NCBI GenBank assembly: GCA_040222015.1
Contig: JAVJWO010000165.1
Coordinates: 28,712-92,711 of the forward strand
DNA from: Coleofasciculus chthonoplastes F2-STO-03
Lineage (GTDB): Bacteria; Cyanobacteriota; Cyanobacteriia; Cyanobacteriales; Coleofasciculaceae
Length of the DNA stretch: 64,000 bases
Direction: 5' to 3'
Under the pieces are notes generated by a model, which worked only from the letters and a program-made list of their open reading frames with translations, had not been told where the DNA came from and made no database searches. The position numbers were made by a program, and so were the translations under genes. Shown here piece by piece: positions 20,672-28,924 of this stretch (positions are counted from its first letter, which is position 1; the number at the start of each line of letters is the position of its first letter).

Positions 20672-20745
20672 GCTCTTGTAGCCCAATGGGAAAAGGCACC
20701 ATCCTAAGAACCTAGTTGTTGCTGGTTCGAGTCCAGTCAGGGGTA
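20672..20745 (+). pseudogene. Degenerate tRNA (probably Leu); anticodon stem does not pair
   Basis: Acceptor GCTCTTG/CAGGGGT, D arm and GGTTCGAGTCC T arm present; ACCATCCTAAGAACCTAG unpaired. Confidence 0.6.
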
Positions 20746-20754
20746 TTGGTGATA

Positions 20755-20831
20755 CGCGGGGATGAAGCAAGAGTGGCTTGCTAGGCTCATATCCTGGATA
20801 TCAGCAGGTGCAACTCCTGCCCCCGCCACCA
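20755..20831 (+). tRNA. Initiator-like tRNA-Met(CAT), CCA end encoded
   Basis: CGCGGGG/CCCCGCC with C1:C72 mismatch; CTAGG-CT-CAT-AT-CCTGG. Confidence 0.8.
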
Positions 20832-20835
20832 AAAT

Positions 20836-20907
20836 GCAGGTGTGGTGTAATGGCTAGCATAGAAGCGTCGTATCCTTCTGATGCGAGTTCGACTCTCGCC
20901 ACCTGCT
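20836..20907 (+). tRNA. tRNA-Thr(CGT) with C31:C39 mismatch
   Basis: GCAGGTG/CACCTGC; GAAGC-GT-CGT-AT-CCTTC. Confidence 0.65.
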
Positions 20908-20931
20908 TCAAAGTACACACCGACTCGCGAC

Positions 20932-21537
20932 TCAGGCAAAGTTTGAACGTTCACCTTCCCAAATCTGAAGTTGTCGTTCAGCCGCAACGATACAATTGAG
21001 AAACTTGGGTGGATGTAAAAAGTTGTCATAAGCAACTGCCATCTGTCTAGCCGCTTCGTGATAGGGAATTTGCCCTATTCCTGTGCCTAACCCAGGACAG
21101 GCAATCCTATCAATTTTTCGGGTGGCATTTTGATTGTATCGTCGAACCGCCAAAAGCATTGCCCACATTGCTGTGTATGGGATATCAGTGCCAGCAATCG
21201 ACATGGGTACTCGCATGGTGGGTGTATGAGCTAAAAAAGGGTGTTTTGGATGACCCGTTTCCACGATGAATGAGGTGCCAACAGGCTGTTCACCTAGGAA
21301 TTCTTCCAGGATGTGCTGCTGAACGTTGGTCATCAGGGAATTACCAAAAAACCGCACAATTTCTGCATCCATGCCCCCATCCATCATGCCAAATGAATTG
21401 GCAGGGCTAACTAAACAGTCAAATTCGGGCAACCACTGGAAATAGTCGTTGACGATTTCTACGTTGGGTAAATAGCTGAAATACTGTTGAAATGCTGCAA
21501 ACAGTTGTGAACTGGGAGCTACAAGTATTAACTTCAA
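20932..21537 (-). CDS. Macrodomain (ADP-ribose processing) protein
   Basis: DCLVSPANSFGMMDGGMD, HTPTMRVP, ACPGLGTGIG; GGAGG RBS before TTG start. Confidence 0.9.
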   Translation of the reverse strand: MKLILVAPSSQLFAAFQQYFSYLPNVEIVNDYFQWLPEFDCLVSPANSFGMMDGGMDAEIVRFFGNSLMTNVQQHILEEFLGEQPVGTSFIVETGHPKHPFLAHTPTMRVPMSIAGTDIPYTAMWAMLLAVRRYNQNATRKIDRIACPGLGTGIGQIPYHEAARQMAVAYDNFLHPPKFLNCIVAAERQLQIWEGERSNFA

Positions 21538-21671
21538 GTTGTGAACTGACCTCCGCTTAGAACGCTATTTTAAGGGCAAACTAAGGGGAGTGTCAACGTA
21601 CTGGAGTGATTATTGGCAGTTATGAAAATATACTGTTCGCGGTCACAAACTGAGCTTTTGTTATGGTTCAC

Positions 21672-21749
21672 AGAGTCCTGAGCGAAGCATCTGGTGAGAT
21701 TCTTGACTCCGCTTCAGTTCCTTCGCTTCGCTCAGGACTCAGAATGACA
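21672..21749. repeat. REP-like palindromic element
   Basis: GAGTCCTGAGCGAAGC ... GCTTCGCTCAGGACTC inverted repeat. Confidence 0.6.
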
Positions 21750-21915
21750 GACTCTTAGGACTTACGCAAAAACCCTATCTGTAGGGTGTGTTAGCGTAGC
21801 GTAACGCACCTTAACCAATATATATTTTGAATACAGGTGTTGAATTAAGCCGTTTTGCCCGTGCTAATCTTGCCACCTGTTTATCCATAATTTTTATAGA
21901 AGAGGAGGTGTAGAA

Positions 21916-22545
21916 ATGACTACGATGACGGTAACTGATGCTTTGGCAGAGTTGACGCTGTTGGAAAAACGGATTGATTCGGCACGAGGCAATTTAGATA
22001 ATAATACGTTAATTGCTGTTGTGGAAGTCGGCAAGGTGCCAACAGGCTATAAATCAAGAGAAGACCATGCCTCTAAAGCACGCGCAGCTTTACAACGAGT
22101 TGATGCTTTAATTGACAGACGACGCACCATTAAACGAGCTGTTGTTTTGTCGAATGCCTCCACCATGGTTTCCGTCGCGGGTCAAGAAATGACAGTGGCT
22201 GAAGCTATCGAGATGAAGAATTTCATCGTGTACTATGAGGCAGTTTTTCACACGATGGTATCGGCGTATACTCGCACTCAGAATGAGTACAAAACCGCTC
22301 AAGCACGAGTGAAAGATCGACTGGATAAGTTAGCAAAGGAGGTGTTGGGTAAAAATGCTGCGTCTGAAAAATATCAATCTCTGGCGGATAGTTTCTTAGA
22401 GCGAGAAGGTGTCGAATTGCTCGATCCCACTAACCTCGCAGAAGAGAGCGAGAGACGGCAAGTATTTGTTGAAGAGTTTAAATCAACGGTTGACCGGGTA
22501 CTGTCAATTAGCAATGCCCGCACCATGATTGAGATTCCCGACTAA
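21916..22545 (+). CDS. Coiled-coil protein of unknown function, remotely DIP1984/DUF6847-like
   Basis: Strong RBS AGGAGGTG; repeated MTVxxA motif (MTVTDAL / MTVAEAI) and SNAxT motifs; family assignment by recall only. Confidence 0.7.
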   Translation: MTTMTVTDALAELTLLEKRIDSARGNLDNNTLIAVVEVGKVPTGYKSREDHASKARAALQRVDALIDRRRTIKRAVVLSNASTMVSVAGQEMTVAEAIEMKNFIVYYEAVFHTMVSAYTRTQNEYKTAQARVKDRLDKLAKEVLGKNAASEKYQSLADSFLEREGVELLDPTNLAEESERRQVFVEEFKSTVDRVLSISNARTMIEIPD

Positions 22546-22550
22546 ACTAG

Positions 22551-22832
22551 AAGTGCTGGTCACTCGAAAGTCTCTAAATTTATGGTATTAGATGGATAGC
22601 TCAATAGCGTAGAGCACATGCTAGTAGAAGCATGAGGTGTCGATTCGCAACCGACTCCATCTACCACTACCTTTAAAGCTTAACGCTCAACGCTTAACGC
22701 TTAAAGTTCAATCGTTAAAGGTTAGACAGTTAACCCTCAAACCATAAAGGTTAACGATCGATAAAATCCAGGGCGTTGGTTGTAGGTTCCATAAAACCTT
22801 GAGGTTCCCACCTGGCTGAGTGGTCAGCATTT
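22551..22832 (+). ncRNA. Putative structured ncRNA with embedded tRNA-like domain and heptamer repeats
   Basis: 16-bp closing stem 22551-66/22817-32; tRNA-like fold 22590-22666; T(T/C)AANNN x12 at 22673-22757; CCAGG/CCTGG stem. Confidence 0.7.
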
Positions 22833-22940
22833 CATATTATGTCTGGTTGAATACTCACTGAATAAAGCCAATGACCTAGCTGGCTTAGTGCTTCACGAAT
22901 ATGACAAATGACAAATGACAAATGACAAATGACGAAATCC

Positions 22941-25900
22941 TTATTCCCATTCTCGCCACTGGTTCGCCCAGTTTTGGAAAATTCCCAGAATTTGCTCCCG
23001 TCGCTGTTCAAAATTAGCGGCAATGCTAATAAAAATGATGCCAGCGATTAAGCCAATGACCCATTTGGAAAAGGGATAGCGAAAACTTAAAACAACTAAC
23101 TGGTAAAATACCGTTAGAACAAATGTTGCTGTACCAACCATTAAAAATGCCCGAATTCGCAGTCCTAATCCAGCAAATAGGACAATCAGGCTAATGATTC
23201 CCGGAATGAGTCCAGTCTCTTGATGGAAAAAGAACGCGGCTAAACAAATGATGCTACTACCCAGTAAGCGGAGATAATGACGAGTTTGTCGTTTTCGGGG
23301 ATGTCTTAATTCTGGATCAATTTGGGCAATGTAGAGGCAAGATCCACCAATTAGGGCAGCATACCATAAGGGTTCAGTGATCTGTTGATTAACCAAAACC
23401 CGCCAGATTGCCCAATCAACAAAAAATAGACTCAAATATGTCCAGCGTAAATTAGACTGGCGGTTGGCAACCCAGGTATAAAATCCGGCAACGGCTAGTA
23501 AATTGATGGAAGATAGGGTTTGATAATTGAGGCAAACCGTTAGTAAAGGAGAGATAATGGCGTAATGTTGCCAAGGTTTATCATTCCATCCCCATCGTCG
23601 CCAAGGCAGTTGAAAAAGCGCGATCGCGAATAAACAAGCCATTACCCCTCTCCAAGGGTCAAATATACTCAACTGTGTCCATGTCAAACGCGCATAAACA
23701 CCTGTGGCGGCGACTTCGGTTAATCCGGCGTATATCCAGAGGTTAGCAGCCATGTAGAGACGTGCCATGGCGCGTCTGGGAGATGGGGGAGATGAGGGAG
23801 ATAACTGGCGTTTTTGTCTTATACGCCCCTGTAATAACGCATAAATAGCCAGTATCCAACTGATGGCAAGTCCGATGGTTCTCAGATTTGGTGTTGTTCC
23901 CACAGACATTCCCGCCGTTAACACCATCAGCAAACTGGCAATTGCCCAATGAATGTGGGCGGTGATTTTAATTTCAGTGATACTGAGGTTGAGAAGGGTG
24001 GAACGATCGCGCGATTGCCAAAACCAAGCCAACACTCGATAAATAACCGCGATCGCAGCCGCTACACCTCCTAGAATAGTAAAGCCATCTGCCGGATTTC
24101 CGCCATCGGCTTGCATCATCTGGTAAATTACCAATTCATACCAAGCAATGGAAATACCTGCTAGGGAAAGATAGGTGATCCCTTTCCAGGGAAGACGGCG
24201 ACGCCCTACGCCTATACCGGTTAATGCTGCACCGAGGGTGAGTAACCCGGTATAAGGGGTGAAATACGTCCAACGTAAACTAACGCCAATTAGGGCATAA
24301 ATTAAGGGTAAAATCTCCAGTGCATCCCTAGATGCGCCAGACGCGCCATGGCGCGTCTCTACAGGTTCCTCTGTATCCCCCTCTAAACGGGCAAACCACC
24401 AATCGGTGAGGAATAGTATCACAAGTGCCAGGATAATGTTGGCGGTGGCTAAGGTTAAGGATGAACCATTTCGTAACAGAATCGTATCCGCGATCGCTAA
24501 TTCGATTGCCCAACTGATGCCATAGACACCAAACTGTGTAAATGATCGCCAACAGCGAAACCAAATCGCACCGCCCATTAACACTGATGCGGCTAGGTAA
24601 TGCCAACTGGATGAAATGAGTTCGACGTAACTCTGGGTACTGTGCAGCGTTAGGAATCCTAATTCTGTAGAAGACAGGGCAATTGCCCATCTATCTGAGG
24701 CTTGGGCGTACAAGGCGGCTAAATCGCCAGATTGGGGAATTAAGCTAGCCCGTAGCAGCCACAATCCGAAACTTGCGATCGCACCAACCAAATACCAATC
24801 GGCGACAGATAGGGCGGGTAATCCGGGAATTCCTTGCCACAGCCATGCAGCAAAAAAGCTGAGGGCAAAACCAATCGTAATGACGGCGGTTACCGTTTGG
24901 CGCAAATAGCGACTATTCAGGAACATTACCACTGTGGCTACCCCTAAGCCAATCAGCCGACTCTGCGGTGAGGCTAGGGTTAGCCCTTGTACTAGAAATA
25001 ACGCGATCGCACTCCACGAAACTGCCTGAATGCGCCGCGATCGCTGAGTAAGACTGGCAACTCCAGTTAAGGTTAATGGGGTGAGTAACCATAAAAGTCC
25101 CCAAGGGTTAACCCTGAGCGAAGTCGAAGGGTGCGTGGGAAAGGGAATCAAATAGGTAACACTTTCCCCAGCCAGTAACACATAACTGATACCAGCGAGG
25201 ACAAAACCAATGTGCCAACAACTTAGATACCAACTCTGTTTGGGGACAGAAAACGGAGGATTTGCTGCTACCGTTTGCCCTTCCTGCCTTCTGGAAACCT
25301 CCTGCCTCCTGCCCGGTTGGTGAGCCTGTCGAACCACTGCCTCCTGCCTTCTGAAAGGTTCCTGCCTTATGCTCAGACTCCATTCTGCCACCATTAACGC
25401 TAACAATAAACTTGCCCAGAGGGGTTCGTTGAGAGTCGGAAACCATCCATCGATAAACGAACAGAGGGTTAATAATCCGGCGATATGGGTGAGATAAACT
25501 AGAGGAATTCGCAGCGGAGGGCGGCGATGAGTAACAATAGCCAGGGTGACAGTGGAGAGTAAAAGATTAAGCGATCGCGCCGTCGGATTCAGGCTACTGA
25601 TTACCGTTAACATCACACCCAATCCTAATGTGAGTCCTTCTCCAAACCGGGCTAATTTAGGATTCGACTTCCGATAGAGCCAATCGGTCAAACCTACCCA
25701 CAGAATAATGTAGGGAAATAGGACGACACCCCACCAAGCTTCCACGTTTGAACCCACCTGTTGAGAGAGGAAACTGACTACCTCATCTTGTACCGCCAAT
25801 GGGATTAATCGCCATAGTAAAAACAGCGTTTGCAAGCCAATCAAAAAGATAGCAGCTAAATCCAGACGCCGCCGAGAATACTGTAAGCGCTGGGCGAAAA

Positions 25901-26987
25901 ACCCAATCGCCAACCCACTAACCGCCGTGGCTTGCCAAGGAATTTCTTCTCCTACCGAAACCAACCAACCGATCAACAGTAATCCCCCGCCAATTCCATC
26001 CCAGACTTTTGTACTAAAGGAGGAAACAGACTCACGCGCGTCGGCTGAAGGCTTTCCCTGTCGCGCCAACAACCAACCACAGATTCCCATGGCTAAACCA
26101 AATTGGACAATTGGCACATTGATCACGAAAATCGCCCGTCCCAGCAACACCGTTAGGGCATAAATCACCACTAAACTACCGGTGGGTGGATTATTCGGCA
26201 CAGATGGAGAAGCGCGAGGGGTTGAAGCGGCAGAGGGGAGAAACATCGCAGTTCCGATGACGCCTAAATAAACAGCGACTAATGGAACCTGTGACCAATT
26301 CCAACCCCAGTGTAGATAACTTAACCATAAAACTAGAGAAGCACGGGAGGTAAGCCGGAATGAGTTGGTTTGGATAGACGGATTGATAACCGTAATTCCC
26401 GTTAAACTTAACGCCGCAATACCAACAACTATCCATTCCCAGGGATGACGCCCTAACCCAAAACCATCCATTGCCCAAAAATTCACTGGGACTAAAAGCA
26501 GGGCAATCAGTTGTAAGGTTTGAGAGGTTAATTTTAAATTAGAACGTTTTCCCGCCCACAGGCTAATGCCCCAAAAGACAATGGTATATGCCCATAACAC
26601 ACCATACTGTCCCGCTGGTGGAAAATTCTGCCATTGAGTTGCGGCGAGGACACCGGAGGAGACAACAACCAGAAAGACACCCAGAAACAGCAGCCAGCGT
26701 ACACTCAGTTCCTCTTGCCATGACTGCCAGATGCGGGATAGGGGCGACACAGTAGGAATAGGAACGGGTTCCTCTACCTTGGTTTCCACCTTCCGGGATT
26801 GGGGGCGAGAGGGAAGCGGCGCAATTGCTGGTTGAGGGAGGCGACAAGATAAATAGAGTTGTCCTAATTGTTTAACTTGGGCATCACTGATTAAACCCAA
26901 GCGCAACCAGGTTTCTAAACCTTCGAGTAACTTGGGATTGGAGGCAGAAACAGTGAGTTCAATTCTCAGAGAGCGTGGCGAGGACAT
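22941..26987 (-). CDS. Large polytopic membrane protein (DUF2157-like)
   Basis: Many TM segments; ELSVRWLLFLGVFLVVVSSGVLAA; likely start MSSPRS at 26987. Confidence 0.75.
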   Translation of the reverse strand: MSSPRSLRIELTVSASNPKLLEGLETWLRLGLISDAQVKQLGQLYLSCRLPQPAIAPLPSRPQSRKVETKVEEPVPIPTVSPLSRIWQSWQEELSVRWLLFLGVFLVVVSSGVLAATQWQNFPPAGQYGVLWAYTIVFWGISLWAGKRSNLKLTSQTLQLIALLLVPVNFWAMDGFGLGRHPWEWIVVGIAALSLTGITVINPSIQTNSFRLTSRASLVLWLSYLHWGWNWSQVPLVAVYLGVIGTAMFLPSAASTPRASPSVPNNPPTGSLVVIYALTVLLGRAIFVINVPIVQFGLAMGICGWLLARQGKPSADARESVSSFSTKVWDGIGGGLLLIGWLVSVGEEIPWQATAVSGLAIGFFAQRLQYSRRRLDLAAIFLIGLQTLFLLWRLIPLAVQDEVVSFLSQQVGSNVEAWWGVVLFPYIILWVGLTDWLYRKSNPKLARFGEGLTLGLGVMLTVISSLNPTARSLNLLLSTVTLAIVTHRRPPLRIPLVYLTHIAGLLTLCSFIDGWFPTLNEPLWASLLLALMVAEWSLSIRQEPFRRQEAVVRQAHQPGRRQEVSRRQEGQTVAANPPFSVPKQSWYLSCWHIGFVLAGISYVLLAGESVTYLIPFPTHPSTSLRVNPWGLLWLLTPLTLTGVASLTQRSRRIQAVSWSAIALFLVQGLTLASPQSRLIGLGVATVVMFLNSRYLRQTVTAVITIGFALSFFAAWLWQGIPGLPALSVADWYLVGAIASFGLWLLRASLIPQSGDLAALYAQASDRWAIALSSTELGFLTLHSTQSYVELISSSWHYLAASVLMGGAIWFRCWRSFTQFGVYGISWAIELAIADTILLRNGSSLTLATANIILALVILFLTDWWFARLEGDTEEPVETRHGASGASRDALEILPLIYALIGVSLRWTYFTPYTGLLTLGAALTGIGVGRRRLPWKGITYLSLAGISIAWYELVIYQMMQADGGNPADGFTILGGVAAAIAVIYRVLAWFWQSRDRSTLLNLSITEIKITAHIHWAIASLLMVLTAGMSVGTTPNLRTIGLAISWILAIYALLQGRIRQKRQLSPSSPPSPRRAMARLYMAANLWIYAGLTEVAATGVYARLTWTQLSIFDPWRGVMACLFAIALFQLPWRRWGWNDKPWQHYAIISPLLTVCLNYQTLSSINLLAVAGFYTWVANRQSNLRWTYLSLFFVDWAIWRVLVNQQITEPLWYAALIGGSCLYIAQIDPELRHPRKRQTRHYLRLLGSSIICLAAFFFHQETGLIPGIISLIVLFAGLGLRIRAFLMVGTATFVLTVFYQLVVLSFRYPFSKWVIGLIAGIIFISIAANFEQRREQILGIFQNWANQWREWE

Positions 26988-27179
26988 AGTTTTCTGGAGT
27001 TCGTTCGTAGTAGGCACGCTTCGTGCCAGAAGAAGCGCTGAAGCGCTTACTACAAACAGATTAATTAATCCTAGCATCAGATTTTCCAGTTGATGATTGA
27101 TGACTCAGGGCAAGTTGTTCCGTTAGTGGTGGGGAGGGCGGGTTTTGTTTTTCCGTTATTTCTGAATAGCTCAATTTAG

Positions 27180-27247
27180 TCCCTAAACCCGCCCCTACAA
27201 TTGTCCCTAAACCCGCCCCTACAATTGTCCCTAAACCTACCCCTACA
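27180..27247. repeat. Short tandem repeat TCCCTAAACCCGCCCCTACAATTG x~3
   Basis: Direct inspection. Confidence 0.8.
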
Positions 27248-27310
27248 GAGGGCTAAATCTACCCCTAGAATTGACGTATAAGGTATAAATTATTACTTAT
27301 GAACCGGATT

Positions 27311-27546
27311 GCGATCGCGCCTTGCGTACCCTGACTTCTAAGAGCCTACATACTTAGTACGAGAGGAAGAGTAACGCTGTTCTATTAACAGTGGGCGTTT
27401 GAGAACGAGGAGTGCGAAGAACCCGATAGGTTGGCTTAGAGGTAGCCATCCTTTAAAGAGTGTGTAATAACTCATCGGCGGAGTCCCTCTAGTAACTGAG
27501 AAGGCGCATAACAACGCTCTGGTAACTTGCACGCGAGGGCGATCGC
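27311..27546 (+). ncRNA. Putative ncRNA mimicking the 23S rRNA sarcin-ricin loop and GTPase-associated centre
   Basis: SRL hairpin 27351-27373 (AGTACGAGAGGA); H43/H44 copy 27423-27478 with compensatory changes; 5' and 3' ends complementary. Confidence 0.8.
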
Positions 27547-27596
27547 ACAATTACAGGATCTTGGACTATAATAGTACAAAAATACTAATTAAAATT

Positions 27597-28058
27597 ATGC
27601 CGATTTATTTCTACAGCACCCGTGAAAAACCCTACGGTTGCTTTTCCAACTTCTCTCGCCATGGTTTTGAGTTAGATGGTTGTTGGTGGGCAACGAGTGA
27701 ACATTACTTCCAAGCACAGAAATTTGTCGAGACGGATCGTCCTTGGTTCGACAAAATCCGCGAAGTAAAAACGCCTAAAGACGCTGCCAAAATGGGCAGA
27801 AGTCGGCAACACCCTCTCCGTCACGATTGGGAACAGGTCAAGAATGAAATTATGAAGCGGGGAGTGTTGCAGAAGTTTGAAACTCATGCTGATATCCGTG
27901 AGATACTTTTGGCGACAGGGGATGAGTTGATTGTCGAGAATGCCCCCAGAGATTACTACTGGGGATGCGGTAAAGATGGCAGTGGTAAAAATAAATTGGG
28001 AGAGATTTTAATGGCAGTGCGAGAGATATTGCGTCAACCTCTTACAAATGACAAATGA
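27597..28058 (+). CDS. NADAR family protein (YbiA/DUF1768)
   Basis: YGCFSNFS, TSEHYFQAQKF, LLATGD..IVE..DYYWG.G..G.GKNKLG.ILM. Confidence 0.93.
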   Translation: MPIYFYSTREKPYGCFSNFSRHGFELDGCWWATSEHYFQAQKFVETDRPWFDKIREVKTPKDAAKMGRSRQHPLRHDWEQVKNEIMKRGVLQKFETHADIREILLATGDELIVENAPRDYYWGCGKDGSGKNKLGEILMAVREILRQPLTNDK

Positions 28059-28118
28059 CAAATGACGAATGACGAATGACAATCTCCACCGTTAGCTTTT
28101 ATTGTGTCCACCCACTTA

Positions 28119-28191
28119 GGGTCTGTAGTTCTAATGGGAGAACGCCTGTTTTGCACACAGGAGGTTGCGGGTTCAACCCCCGCCAGATCCA
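28119..28191 (+). tRNA. tRNA-Ala(TGC)
   Basis: G3:U70 present; CCTGT-TT-TGC-AC-ACAGG. Confidence 0.9.
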
Positions 28192-28195
28192 TGAT

Positions 28196-28271
28196 GGTGT
28201 CTGAAGCCAAAGCGGTCGCGGCGCTTGTTTGTGGAACAAGTCAATAGCGGGTTCAAGTCCCGTCAGACACC
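28196..28271 (+). tRNA. tRNA-His(GTG)
   Basis: G-1:C73; CTTGT-TT-GTG-GA-ACAAG. Confidence 0.9.
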
Positions 28272-28278
28272 CTTCAAT

Positions 28279-28365
28279 GGAAGATGCCGCTGAATGGACG
28301 GCAAGCGGTCTTGAAAACCGTGGTACGGCAGCGATGCCGTAGGGGTTCGATTCCTCCATCTTCCT
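28279..28365 (+). tRNA. tRNA-Ser(TGA)
   Basis: GGAAGAT/ATCTTCC; loop CT-TGA-AA; long variable arm. Confidence 0.88.
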
Positions 28366-28369
28366 TTAT

Positions 28370-28441
28370 CCACCGGAAGCCGAAAAGTGAGGCGCTGTGC
28401 TGATAATGCAGAGGTAGAAGGGGCAGTACCTTCCCGGTGGA
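28370..28441 (+). tRNA. tRNA-Ile(GAT), atypical T-loop
   Basis: CCACCGG/CCGGTGG; CTGTG-CT-GAT-AA-TGCAG; T-loop GGCAGTA. Confidence 0.75.
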
Positions 28442-28446
28442 TTCAT

Positions 28447-28517
28447 CCCTCTGCCAGTGGATTCTGGCACTGATACTACGAATATCGGATGCGGTGGTTC
28501 AATTCCATCCAGAGGGG
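28447..28517 (+). tRNA. tRNA-Arg(ACG), atypical D arm
   Basis: CCCTCTG/CAGAGGG; TGATA-CT-ACG-AA-TATCG. Confidence 0.78.
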
Positions 28518-28558
28518 TTTGATCGGGGGTGAGTAGCTGTAATCAAAAAGCTGGAAAC

Positions 28559-28924
28559 ATTTACCCATTATTGCCCATGCATTGGGTAGAGACTTGTCCC
28601 GATGGAATGGGTTCGACAAGAGTAAGTAGTCGGACACAAGTTTTGGGAACTGTATAAAGTTTTGTAAGCATTACCGCAACGCTTGTGACATAAAAATTCG
28701 TGCTGTTTTACATTTCTTAACACAGAGCCGTTTATTTATGTCCGACTACTTATGTATACTTTTTGGTGTACCTATCCAGCCAAAAACCACAGCTAGATAG
28801 GTGACTTTATATAGCCGCCAGTTAGGTGGTGTTAGCCTGTGGACTGGTTAAGTGCCGTCACTGCCAGGATGAAGCAGGAAGTAAGTTCCAATGATGTCCA
28901 TGCTTTGGATAAGTTTGGGTAAAT
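28559..28924 (+). ncRNA. Putative multi-hairpin ncRNA in tRNA spacer, interrupted by a MITE
   Basis: Closing stem ATTTACCCA/TGGGTAAAT and several internal hairpins. Confidence 0.45.
28623..28752. mobile_element. MITE with TA-flanked TIRs
   Basis: TAAGTAGTCGGACA ... TGTCCGACTACTTA perfect 14-bp inverted repeat. Confidence 0.7.

Noticed and set aside
20149..21035. Short ORFs 20149-20400, 20522-20770, 20778-20999, 20787-21035 (and 28099-28359)
   Set aside because: Shadow ORFs over tRNA genes
21833..21881. ACAGGTG...CACCTGT possible tRNA remnant
   Set aside because: Only a 7-bp stem; no D or anticodon arm
22673..22757. CRISPR array or ordinary STRR
   Set aside because: 7-nt degenerate units without spacers; the sequence differs from the STRR families elsewhere in the window. 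No CRISPR array was seen anywhere in the window
22551..22832. tmRNA, or a Sec/Pyl/suppressor tRNA
   Set aside because: No Ala-type acceptor stem or tag ORF; the loop lacks a UCA or CUA anticodon in canonical position
27351..27478. 23S rRNA gene or simple rRNA pseudogene
   Set aside because: Only two short modules match, in reversed order and 50 nt apart, with compensatory changes and no flanking rRNA sequence
27338..27550. 70-aa minus-strand ORF
   Set aside because: Antisense to the structured RNA, with no protein features
28081..28098. 3' remnant of a tRNA (AATCTCCACCGTTAGCT)
   Set aside because: Too short to support
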